Shown here: positions 8,633 to 17,865 of the stretch, in pieces
How positions within the stretch are numbered: the stretch's first letter is position 1
Layout of the letters: each line of letters begins with the position of its first letter
NCBI GenBank assembly: GCA_963848135.1
Contig: CAWKCK010000012.1
Span: 94,061 to 135,101 of the forward strand
DNA from: an uncultured delta proteobacterium
GTDB lineage: Bacteria > Desulfobacterota > Desulfobacteria > Desulfobacterales > SG8-13
Direction: 5' to 3'
Length of the DNA stretch: 41,041 bases
The notes under the pieces: generated by a model
Seen by the model: only the letters and a program-made list of their open reading frames with translations
Database searches by the model: none
Told to the model about the DNA's origin: nothing
Translations under genes and position numbers: made by a program

Positions 8633-9001
8633 ATGAAGAGAAAGATTTTCCTGGTTATGTTTTTCATTTTGACTGTTTTCGCAACTACGGCCTTTGCCAA
8701 TAAAACGGCCGTGACCATCGAATCGCCCCTATCCGTAAAAAAGGGGGCTGAAATAATTATTAAAATCAATATCAGCCACAGCGCTAACAACTTTTTCCAC
8801 TACACAAACTGGGTTTACGTTCATGCCAATGGAAAAGAGATAGCGCGCTGGGATTTTACACGCAGCAATAAACCCGAAAGTAGCAATTTCACCAGGGAAG
8901 TCAGATACACGGTGACTGAAACAACGGAGATTACCGCAATGGGCAACTGCAACATGCATGGGAGTGCGGGCGAGGTTAAAATGGTGATAAAGGTAGAATA
9001 A
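8633..9001 (+). CDS. Exported superoxide-reductase/desulfoferrodoxin-like (SOR-like) protein
   Basis: Signal peptide ending AFA; H....HYTNW and CNMHG SOR-type ligand motifs; no EKH motif. Confidence 0.75.
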   Translation: MKRKIFLVMFFILTVFATTAFANKTAVTIESPLSVKKGAEIIIKINISHSANNFFHYTNWVYVHANGKEIARWDFTRSNKPESSNFTREVRYTVTETTEITAMGNCNMHGSAGEVKMVIKVE

Positions 9002-9021
9002 TTTTGAAGGGAGGCTATCTT

Positions 9022-9217
9022 ATGACCGTAGGGGGAATTTCAATTATTTTGATATTGGGTCTATGCAATCTCATATATGTTGCTTTTTCAAGCAGCTTCC
9101 GGCTTAAGAATAATCAAGGTAAAGTACGGTGTCCACAAAAAAACCGGGATTACTTTATTGATTATTGCCCTGATTCACGGTTTTCTGGGGATAGTCGCCA
9201 ACTCGGTAAGTCAATAG
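9022..9217 (+). pseudogene. Small two-TM His-containing membrane protein, +1 frameshift
   Basis: MTVGGISIILILGLCNLI continues in the +1 frame as (M)LLFQAASGLRIIKVKYGVHKKTGITLLIIALIHGFLGIVANSVSQ*. The shift is at the CATATATG repeat near 9072-9079, and the total length is 196 nt (3n+1). Confidence 0.7.
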
Positions 9218-9417
9218 GGAAAGAAACATGAACGAAAAAGGGGACAACCGTTTAATTCTTCCGCAATCTGAACTAAAGACCTTCTATCCACCATATAAAT
9301 AGCCCCGTAACCGCGCTTTTCCCTTTAACCAATGTAAATTCAATTCGATAGATAGCAAAAGCATACAGTTGATAGGGTATGGCTGTTCTATGTGGTGAGC
9401 AGGTCAAAAACTATCAA

Positions 9418-9468
9418 TTGACGATTCGATTTCTTAACGCTATAAGTATTCTATATATTAATTGAATA
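9418..9468 (+). promoter_or_regulatory. Sigma-70 promoter with ArsR-type operator
   Basis: TTGACG (9418)-17 nt-TATAAG (9441), followed directly by the imperfect palindrome TATTCTATATATTAATTGAATA (9447-9468). Confidence 0.7.
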
Positions 9469-9483
9469 GTTGAGGATGAAGCC

Positions 9484-10155
9484 ATGAAAAGCCCAAATAG
9501 ACAATTCAAAGACGCCATTTACGAGCAGTTTTCACGAATCGGCAAGGCAATTGCGAGCCCCAGGCGGTTGGAACTGCTCGATCTGTTGTGCCAGGGTGAA
9601 AAAACAGTTGAAACCCTTTCAAAAGAAACCGGTTTAACCGTGGCCAACACATCGCAGCACCTTCAGACACTTCGAGCGGCCCATCTGGTCAAAGCGGAAA
9701 AAGAAGGCCTGTACGTGACATATCGTCTCGCCGATCAAAGGGTCTGTGAGTTTTTCCGTTCCATGCGCGTGTTGGCTGAACACCGCTTGGCAGAAGTGGA
9801 AATGATCAAACGCCGTTTCCTGGAAGGCAAGCAAGGCATGGAGCCGGTAAGCAGAGATGATTTGGTACAGCGTGTTATCGAAGGTGCTGTCACCGTTCTA
9901 GATGTTCGCCCGGTGGAAGAGTTCCGGGCCGGACATATACCAGGGGCGTTGTCCGTTCCCCTGGAGCATCTTAAAGAGCTTCTCTCGAAGCTGCCATCGG
10001 ATCAGGAGATTGTCGCTTACTGCCGGGGGCCTTATTGCGTGCTGGCTGTTCAAGCGGTTGATATGCTACGCGGACAGGGTTTTGAGGCCATTCGCCTTGA
10101 AGAGGGTATTCAGGACTGGCGTGCCATGGGCCTGCCGGTGGAGGTTGGCGATTGA
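9484..10155 (+). CDS. ArsR/SmtB regulator fused to a rhodanese domain
   Basis: ASPRRLELLDLLCQG...SQHLQTLR wHTH; C-terminal LDVRP.EEF.AGHIPGA and YCRGPYC rhodanese loop. Confidence 0.93.
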   Translation: MKSPNRQFKDAIYEQFSRIGKAIASPRRLELLDLLCQGEKTVETLSKETGLTVANTSQHLQTLRAAHLVKAEKEGLYVTYRLADQRVCEFFRSMRVLAEHRLAEVEMIKRRFLEGKQGMEPVSRDDLVQRVIEGAVTVLDVRPVEEFRAGHIPGALSVPLEHLKELLSKLPSDQEIVAYCRGPYCVLAVQAVDMLRGQGFEAIRLEEGIQDWRAMGLPVEVGD

Positions 10156-10228
10156 AACATAGAGAAAATGACCATTGCTCCGGTGGGTTTTTAGGTTCAT
10201 GAAGTCTACTGTAAAGCAAGGGTGCACC

Positions 10229-11989
10229 ATGCAAAGCAAAAAATCAATACTTGTGGCAACTGTGGCCATCATCATTACCGCAGTCGCTGTGTGGCATGTG
10301 AAGCGTCCCATTGCGCCGAAGCAAGCCACTTGGGATGACGTCATAGCCGAGGCCAAGGCCGGTGGCTATCGCATCATCACCACCGAAGAACTCGCCGACC
10401 GGTATCACAATGACCCTTCCGGCTCATTGATGGTTGACACCCGACAGGATTGGGAATATCGCACCGGGCATATCGAGGGTGCTCTCAATTTTCCCATGGA
10501 ACCCACCTGGTGGTCTCGCTGGCGCAAATCGTCCGACTTGAGGGCCTTATTAGGACCGGACCAGGATCGCACCCTTGTTTTTTACTGAGCGGGTTTGACA
10601 TGAGTCCGCAGCGACTCGGCGGCCCGTGTGGCTGTTAACCTTGGTTACAAAAATGTCTACCGTGACCCTTACGGATTTCCGAAATGGCAAGAAATGGGCC
10701 TACCTACCGCCAGTGCACCGGCTGGACTTTCGGCACCAGACCAGGATGCCACCAAGCCGAAAGGCAATCTATCCCTCCAGGGTTGGGCCATGCTCTGGAC
10801 TCTTCTGGGCGTTTTCGCCGGCGGACTGGCCCTGAACCTGACGCCCTGCGTTTATCCCATGATTCCCATCACCGTGTCTTTTTTCGGCGGTCGAACGACC
10901 CAGGATAAGCCTGGCCAGATCAAGCTGGTAGCCCATGGACTCTGCTATCTGATGGGTCTGGCTCTGACCAACTCGACCTTAGGCGTCGTGGCAGCACTCA
11001 CCGGTGGTTTGATGGGAGCGATGCTGCAAAATCCCATTGTGCTCATCCTCGTGGCCGGCATTTTGGTCCTGTTCGCCACCAGCCTCTTCGGGCTTTGGGA
11101 ACTGCGCCTGCCCGGTGCCCTGAATCAAATGGCCAGCAAATCATACACTGGATATTTCGGCAGTCTGTTCATGGGGCTCACCTTGGGAGTAGTAGCGGCC
11201 CCCTGCATAGGTCCTTTCGTGCTGGGCTTGCTCACTTGGGTGGCTGGTATGGGCAACCCTTGGCTTGGTTTTCTAATTTTCTTCATCCTGAGCCTGGGGT
11301 TGGGCCTTCCCCTTTTCGTTCTGGCGCTCTTTTCCGGCCAACTGCAACGCCTTCCCCGTGCCGGCGGGTGGATGCTCTGGGTGCGTAACGTCATGGGCTG
11401 GGTCCTTGTCGGCATGGCGGTTTATTTCATCCGGCCGGTCCTACCCGAAGTCCTGAAGGTCATCCTGCCGGTCACGGTTGCTCTTGCCGCCGGGCTTCAT
11501 ATAGGTTGGTTCGATAAGAACCAGGCTGGTTTCAAGGCTTTCCCGTGGCTAAAGACCACCCTGGGCACAACCTGTCTGGTCTTTGCGACCTTTTTGATAA
11601 CCGGCTGGGCCATGCGGGGGCCGGGAATTGCCTGGCATTCCTATTCGGAGCACACCTTGCAGCAGGCCGCAACCCAAAATAAACCCGTGATCATCGACTT
11701 CTACGCCGACTGGTGCGCGCCGTGCCGTGAACTTGAAGAAGTAACTTTTCATCACGCCGAGGTAGTCCGACAGGCGCAAGTTGATTTCTCTATGATCAAA
11801 GTTGATGTGACCAAGGGCGGCGATCCATTTAATGAACGGTTGTTAAAGCAGTACGACGTTAAGGGGGTGCCCACCGTTGTGTTTCTGGATACACAGGGAA
11901 GAGAAAGAGCCGATTTACGTCTGGTGGATTTCCTGCCGCCTGAACTCTTCTTGATCCGAATGGCCAGTTTAAAGAAAGCCGAACCTTAA
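10229..11989 (+). CDS. tsoB: Rhodanese-DsbD(beta)-thioredoxin fusion selenoprotein with two Sec (586 aa; joins ORFs 10175-10588 and 10628-11989)
   Basis: One frame throughout: N-terminal anchor, rhodanese VDTRQDWEYRTGHIEGA...LVFY-U-AGLT-U-VRS (TGA at 10586 and 10601), DsbD TM domain LTPCVYP / AAPCIGP, C-terminal WCAPC thioredoxin. The symbol is recalled from memory of the Tso selenoprotein families and is not verified. Confidence 0.85.
10601..10636 (+). promoter_or_regulatory. Two tandem SECIS-like hairpins, one per UGA
   Basis: UGAGUC-CGCAGC-GACUCG (10601-10618, +13 from the first UGA) and GGCGGCC-CGUGU-GGCUGUU (10618-10636, loop GU at +23/+24 from the second UGA). Confidence 0.6.
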
Positions 11990-12156
11990 TATGGGAACAA
12001 TTCACAGAAGAAAATTTAGCGAGATGTTTTGATTCAAGCCTATCCTCGATGGAGTTGAATCCAGTCGATTTGATTCTCAAATGACTTAATGGGTATTAAG
12101 GTTCTATGGAATGCCCTGTTGATTTTCACGAGCAGCAATAAATAAGGAGAAATATC

Positions 12157-12474
12157 ATGCTTAACGTCCGATTCTTTCTCAACGAACCTAACGGTAAACC
12201 CTGAAAGCATTTCAAGCAAATGATCCCCGTGCTGGGACATAAGTATGAGATAAATATCGAAATTACTTCCAAGCCTAAAGCAGAATATATGACCGATGAA
12301 TATTTTGAGCTGGATCTTCCGGTTGCGCCAGCCGTAATGGTTGGAGACGACATTGTCGTGGAAGGCTCAGACGTCAGCCAATTCGACATTGAAACATCAA
12401 TCTGCAAACAGTTGAACCTGCCGTCGCCGGAACTTGAACACAAGGGGTTTTTGAAGAAGCTGTTCAAAGCGTAA
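12157..12474 (+). CDS. tsoC: NEPxGxxU-motif thioredoxin/glutaredoxin-like selenoprotein (105 aa, Sec16)
   Basis: RBS AAGGAGA and ATG 12157 give MLNVRFFLNEPNGKP-U-KHFKQM..., in frame with ORF 12220-12474. It has the cis-Pro-like segment VAPAVMVG and a hairpin AUG(A)UCCC-CGUGCU-GGGACAU at 12220-12240. The symbol is recalled from memory and is not verified. Confidence 0.82.
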
Positions 12475-12517
12475 CGAAAATTCATCTGAACCAATACGAT
12501 TTCTGAGGGGGATAGAA

Positions 12518-13027
12518 ATGGCCGTTATTGAAAAATTTTTAGGGCAACGTGTAGAGATACCTGAGGATCGCCGCTACGATGTCAAGCAGGGCCTCTGGGG
12601 AAGGTTTGTCGATCAGACCATCATCTTCGGGCTGACACAGCCAGCCCTGGTACTGTCCGGAGGGGTCAAAGACATCGAATGGATAGTCGATGAGAATCAG
12701 ATGGTTCGAAGGGGTGAATCGATCCTGTTTGCCATCACCGGCAAAATTCTGTACCTTGAAGCCCCGGTTGCTGGAAGCGTTCAATTCAATAAGATTACAC
12801 GGAAAAATTCATCCTTAATCACATCAGACCCTTACGATCAAGGATGGTTGTTCCTTATTCAACCGCATGGCGGGCTCGATCAGGCATATCAAAGCCTTTC
12901 GTCTCCAGAAGACTATCTCGAAAAGCTGCGCCACTCCGAAGGGTTCAAAAATCCGGAAGGGGTCAAAGGAGGCGTATCCGGCATCTGCAAAGCCGTTTAT
13001 ACCGGGATCGGGGAACAGAAGATCTGA
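12518..13027 (+). CDS. Glycine-cleavage H-protein-like (lipoyl-domain fold) protein
   Basis: IPEDRRY...W...FGLT, GE....GK...EAPVAG, N....DPY.QGWL GcvH pattern. Lys is retained but the ES(V)K context is replaced by ITGK, and there is a C-terminal extension containing Cys. Confidence 0.75.
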   Translation: MAVIEKFLGQRVEIPEDRRYDVKQGLWGRFVDQTIIFGLTQPALVLSGGVKDIEWIVDENQMVRRGESILFAITGKILYLEAPVAGSVQFNKITRKNSSLITSDPYDQGWLFLIQPHGGLDQAYQSLSSPEDYLEKLRHSEGFKNPEGVKGGVSGICKAVYTGIGEQKI

Positions 13028-13226
13028 TCTTCCGCTTGGTAATTCCAACAAGTTCAGTAGAAAAAGTAGATACCCAGAAAACTGCTCGATAAGAAAACTG
13101 CTCTTAGGTTTTTAATCGGTTCGCCTTCATTAATATACTCATTATCCTCAACGATCCAACGTATGGCAGCGAACGCAGTTACAATGCATTGCGATGGGCT
13201 GATCAGTTCGTGAAGCAAGAAGATGT

Positions 13227-14492
13227 TCATGTAAGACGATAGGCCACTGTTCCCTCAGGATGCTCATACCATCCCGGGTCGCGATCATAGCTCGCCAGGT
13301 GATCCCGGATCTTGATGACCGTAAACATGCCTCCCATTTCGATATTGCCGAAAGGTCCTTTACCCATCATCATCGGCAGTGTGTTTTTCGGCCCACCCAT
13401 ATGCTTGATGTGCTCGGAGTGCTCTGCCATGCCGGTTTCCCCCATGGCCATGTAGCCGGGAATGAGCTCTCGGATTTTTTCTTCCAGCTGCTGCTGGTTT
13501 GCCCCCAATGTGTTGGGAATCGCATGCCCCATCGCGTTCATGGTATGGTGTGACTTGTGGCAATGAAAAGCCCAGTCACCGGGGGCATCGGCAATGAACT
13601 CCACATCACGGGTAGCACCCACGGGTATCAGTGCCGTCGTTTCGGGCCAGCGTGCGCTTGGTGGTATTTCCCCGCCATCGGTCGCCGTTACCCACATGGA
13701 GTGGCCGTGAATATGAATCGGGTGCTCGTCCATGCTCAAATTGGCCAGTCGAATCCGCACGCGATCGCCGGTCCTAACGACTAAAGGATCAATGGCCGGA
13801 AATACTTTACTATTGAAAGTGAACATATTGAAGTCCAGCATCACGGCCGGGTCGGGCCGGTATGTTCCCGGATGCACCGCCCAGGCGTGCAGCATGATGG
13901 CAAAGTCCCGATCGATGGACGGCCCCACGGGTTCCTTCGGGTGAATGACAAAGACTCCCATCATCCCGACGGCCAGCTGTAGCATTTCATCGGCGTGGGG
14001 GTGATACATAAACGTGCCATGCTGCCGCAGGGTGAACTCGTAAACATATGTTTCTCCAGGTTTGATGTGGGGTTGGTTAAGACCGCCCACACCGTCCATG
14101 CCGTTGGGCAGAAAAATACCATGCCAGTGAATGGTGGTGTGCTCCGGAAGTCTGTTTGTCACTAAAATGCGAACGCGGTCGCCTTCGAAGGCCTCGATCG
14201 TAGGTCCAGGGGTTTGGCCATTGTAACCCCAGCATTTGACACTCATCCCGGGCGCAAATTCACGCATCACTGGCTCGGCGATTAAATGGAATTCCTTCAC
14301 ACCGTCTTTCATTTTGTAAGGCAACGTGGTCCCATTGGGGGTTACCACATGTGGTGACGATCGTCTTTTTCGAACCTTTGCAGGCTTTTGTTCGTGCTCA
14401 TTTTGGGCATTAACCCGCGAAGGTCTCAACAGTGCGCCTCCGCCGGATAGGGCAGTGATGGCAGTCATTAACCACTGACGTCGCGTCAGCAT
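13227..14492 (-). CDS. Tat-exported multicopper oxidase (two-domain type with Met/His-rich tail)
   Basis: TRRQWL Tat signal; HWHG, YHPH, HPIHIHGH and FHCHKSHH copper motifs. Confidence 0.92.
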   Translation of the reverse strand: MLTRRQWLMTAITALSGGGALLRPSRVNAQNEHEQKPAKVRKRRSSPHVVTPNGTTLPYKMKDGVKEFHLIAEPVMREFAPGMSVKCWGYNGQTPGPTIEAFEGDRVRILVTNRLPEHTTIHWHGIFLPNGMDGVGGLNQPHIKPGETYVYEFTLRQHGTFMYHPHADEMLQLAVGMMGVFVIHPKEPVGPSIDRDFAIMLHAWAVHPGTYRPDPAVMLDFNMFTFNSKVFPAIDPLVVRTGDRVRIRLANLSMDEHPIHIHGHSMWVTATDGGEIPPSARWPETTALIPVGATRDVEFIADAPGDWAFHCHKSHHTMNAMGHAIPNTLGANQQQLEEKIRELIPGYMAMGETGMAEHSEHIKHMGGPKNTLPMMMGKGPFGNIEMGGMFTVIKIRDHLASYDRDPGWYEHPEGTVAYRLT

Positions 14493-14504
14493 CGCATGCT
14501 CTCC

Positions 14505-15969
14505 TTATTGTTTGTGATGGTGGGTTTCGCGAGCGTCTTTAGGATCCCCGCCCGGTTTTTCGGCTGGTGCCGATGGTGGCAACAAGCTCCCGTCGGCAGC
14601 GGCTACTGGCAGTCGACCACCCACTGCTTTGCGCAAATCAGCCCGAATGATATAGTAGTCTCTGACAGCCTCAAGGTATTTTCCATATGTATCAAACTCA
14701 TGCTGCTTTGCCAGAAGCAAATCGAAGGCACCTACCAGCATGTAGTTGTACTTTTCCAGAGTCAGGGATACAATGCGTTCTCTCAGTGGCACGATAACTT
14801 GTTTGTAGTGATCGATCATATATCGTTGCATGACCAACTTGTCTCCGCAAGGTTCGGACTTCTGAGCGTACATCTACTGCCATTGCGGTCAGTTTGTTGA
14901 CCTCCTGCCTTAGCAGCGCTTCACCTTGGGCAATCTTTGCCTGGCGTTGATCAAACAACGGCAGTTCCAGCACCAACTCAGGGCCTATGACCCAGGTCCG
15001 ATCGGGATCTCGCTCCGCGCTGATTCCAACGTCCAGGTCGCCGATCCAGCGCCAGGTAACTGTCGTTCCCAGAGCTTGCGCAAGTACGTCGATATTTCTG
15101 CGCGCCGATTCAAGATCCAACCGGTTGGTGATCGCCAGGGTTTCCAACTGCACCATGGGGATTTCCTGCTTAGGAATATCCGGAAGCCGTGAGGGCAGTT
15201 GCCAGTCGATGCGCGTGCCCCACAGTCCCATCAAGCGAGTGAGCTGTTCTCTGGCGGTTGACAACAGAATATCACTCTCGGCCAGTCGCACCCTCATCTC
15301 TTCGTATTGCCCTTGTTCATTCGCAAGGTTCAACTCGCTGATGTTGCCGGCTTCGTAAAGGCGACGCGCAAATTCGAAAGAAGCACCAGACGCCTCGACG
15401 ATCTGTGCGCGGACCTGCCTTATGTTGGCAGCTCCTTGAACTTCAAAATAGGCCTTTTCAACTTCCGAAACAATCGAGAGCACTTCGTCGGCCACCATTG
15501 CCTTGGTCTGTTCGAATCGGGCTGCAGCTATCTTTTTGCGGGCCGGCAGCATGAGAAGATCCACGAAATTCTGAACAATGCCAAATTCGAGGTTGCTGGC
15601 AGCCGAGGATACATTGGGAAATCGAATGCTTCCGAACACAATCGGGTTTTTGAGCAGACCGGCCTGGACCACCTCCGCTTGAGTCACCCCCAGTTCTTCA
15701 TAGGTTGCCTGCAGCCGGGCATTGTTTAAAAGGGCGATCTGAACGGCCGAATCGACGGTCAGCTCCTTTTCCAGCAACGATTCGACGACCTGCTGCACTT
15801 CCCGATCTTCCGGCAGGCCCTGGTTCCAGGACACGCGGTAGTCCATGCGTTCGTCGACCATCCGCTGCACGTCCTGGAAGCCGCCTTTGCGGGGTACCTG
15901 GGCGCACCCTGTAATGACAAACCCTATCACGGTGAAGATGACAACTAACTTGCCGCCTGTGGCTTTCAT
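14505..15969 (-). pseudogene. TolC-family outer-membrane lipoprotein (copper resistance), split by a +1 frameshift
   Basis: Lipobox ITGC; AVQIALLNN and LPLFD OEP motifs. ...EVRTLR continues as DKLVMQRY...YNYMLVGAFDLL..K in the frame of ORF 14505-14873 once one extra base at about 14844-14846 is removed. Confidence 0.8.
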
Positions 15970-16307
15970 TGCCCCTTCTCCATGTTATGATGATCCGGCA
16001 TTTCGGAGGGAGACCGATCAGTTTCTCTTCTTTCTTGCTCGAGGGGTGCCGATTGGCCGGCCGGCGATTCAAAAAGATCCCCGCGCGACTTGCGCCGGTC
16101 CGCTTCGATTTCGGATTGATCGTGTGTTTGGGGGCCGGCACTCGTCATTTCAGTGCCAAACGGGTCCGGCGGGGGGATGAACCGGGATTCGGGTGCGCCG
16201 GGATCAGCAGGATGATTCTGCGGTAGCTCGACAGATACCGGATTTCCGGCACAGCCGATCACAAGAGACAGAATAACCAGCAAAACTAAATCTTTTATAT
16301 TAGCCAT
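15966..16307 (-). CDS. Small lipoprotein with HPA motif and His/Met tail
   Basis: Lipobox VIGC, PQNHPADP.APE, C-terminal MPDHHNM; its stop overlaps the TolC start (ATGA). Confidence 0.75.
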   Translation of the reverse strand: MANIKDLVLLVILSLVIGCAGNPVSVELPQNHPADPGAPESRFIPPPDPFGTEMTSAGPQTHDQSEIEADRRKSRGDLFESPAGQSAPLEQERRETDRSPSEMPDHHNMEKGQ

Positions 16308-16328
16308 GGTCTCAATTTTCTATAGGGA

Positions 16329-16925
16329 TTATGAGATGGATGAGGATGCCGAGAACCACATTTCGTAAAGACCTCGGAATAAAACAAAGACAAATACCGC
16401 TCCGAAGAGCCCTCCTCCCGGAATATGGAGCCAGAAAAAAGCAGGAGAAATAAAGCCTTTCAGCCACATTGATGCGATGTCGATCCAGATTCCCAAGAAT
16501 GGGAGGGCAATCAACCAGGCACGCATGTCTGCTCCCAAATTGAGAAATACGACCACCGCGCCCATCAGGATGAATATCGTGCTCATGCCGAAGAGATGAA
16601 TGTGGGTCCATTTCAGCGTCCAAACAAATTGTTCGCTTTTGTAGAAGGGTTCTTGAAGCTTTTTAGGGGAGCTTTCCGTCAGGTTCGAAAATAGGTCGCC
16701 CCGTGCATCGCTCTTAAGGGGGGACTGAGGAGGTTTAGAAACCTCGGGGTTCAACTCAGCTGAGGCGAATTTCGGTATGATGTCGTGAATGACGATTTGC
16801 CCCAGAGCCCCTAACATGCCAACAGCCATCGTAAGCATAATCGCTGTCACCAGCACCTTTGCCGGCAGTGGAAACTGCCTCAGCGTTGGCCAGTTGTGTA
16901 TTGCATCATTATTTTTCACTATCAT
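16329..16925 (-). CDS. Hypothetical membrane protein
   Basis: About four hydrophobic segments with a THIHLFG His motif; co-oriented with the TolC/MCO operon. Confidence 0.7.
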   Translation of the reverse strand: MIVKNNDAIHNWPTLRQFPLPAKVLVTAIMLTMAVGMLGALGQIVIHDIIPKFASAELNPEVSKPPQSPLKSDARGDLFSNLTESSPKKLQEPFYKSEQFVWTLKWTHIHLFGMSTIFILMGAVVVFLNLGADMRAWLIALPFLGIWIDIASMWLKGFISPAFFWLHIPGGGLFGAVFVFVLFRGLYEMWFSASSSIS

Positions 16926-17158
16926 TCCTTTAACCCGGAAATTTCATCAAATGGAGGATTTTATGGCCAAGGCATTTCGAGGTGATGCTGTAGTCAGTTT
17001 ACCGCGATTCTCGAATAATCACGCTATAGCGTGACCATGGGAGCCTCCGGTTGACCCGAAGGGTGCAATCTTTTTAGCTCTTTAATTATATGTTGGGGAG
17101 GTACAAAGTGTCCCTCGGTCATCCGGTTCATGAGTTTGACCAATACCCCGATATGGCG

Positions 17159-17188
17159 CCATTTAAAATTTGAAACGCTCACTTTAGG
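17159..17188. mobile_element. Solo terminal fragment of MITE/IS family A
   Basis: CCATTTAAAATTTGAAACGCTCACTTTAGG matches 430-459 at 29 of 30 positions; no partner end nearby. Confidence 0.75.
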
Positions 17189-17287
17189 TTCAACACAAAC
17201 GTTCTGAAACACCCGCTCGGAAACAGTCACGCCACGTCCTTCGCCAGCAAAACATCACGAGAATTAGTAGCATCTGCAAAAACGATA

Positions 17288-17656
17288 CTACTCGCCGGTA
17301 AAGTTAGAACCGGCATACTCTCCTTGTAGAGTAAAAAATATAAAGACTGATTTCGGGTCGCCCTCTGCGCGATGAAAAGCCACGACCACCTCGGTGTCGT
17401 TTCCCTTCTGCCGATGAGAGACTTCAACCCTTTCAAGGCTGGTTTCCCAGGCTGGATCCAATTTTTGGCTGTCGATCAGCTTGTCGTAAAGCTCAGTGGC
17501 TTTCTTCAGGGCGGCCAGATGAGTGAATTCGCCCATGTCGTGGGCTTTGCCGCCGTGGGCGAATACAACTGCCGCTGCAAATAATAAAATTAACAACATA
17601 AATAGAGTTATTCGAATGGAGTTGCCTCGTATAGGTTTTGTATTATCGCGAATCAT
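17288..17656 (-). CDS. Exported protein with N-terminal His motif (DUF6488-like)
   Basis: Signal peptide ending VFA, then HGGKAH; C-terminal FIFFTLQGEYAGSNFTG. Confidence 0.7.
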   Translation of the reverse strand: MIRDNTKPIRGNSIRITLFMLLILLFAAAVVFAHGGKAHDMGEFTHLAALKKATELYDKLIDSQKLDPAWETSLERVEVSHRQKGNDTEVVVAFHRAEGDPKSVFIFFTLQGEYAGSNFTGE

Positions 17657-17865
17657 TTAGATTTCTCCCATCTACCTGTTTCTCATCCCAAGCTTACTGT
17701 TTAAGTAAATGTTATAATCTTAATCACCGTCGGTGGCAGTATCAAGATACTGCTGGAGATCTCGAAGGCTACCGTGATGATTGATGTAAACAAAATGCTC
17801 AACGCCTATTTGTATATGCGGCACCAGTATCGTTAATCTATAGGATTTAATCTGAATTTTTACAT

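Noticed and set aside
17024..17230. 68-aa minus-strand ORF
   Set aside because: It reads through the solo MITE end at 17159-17188, so it is a chimeric frame with no recognisable family.
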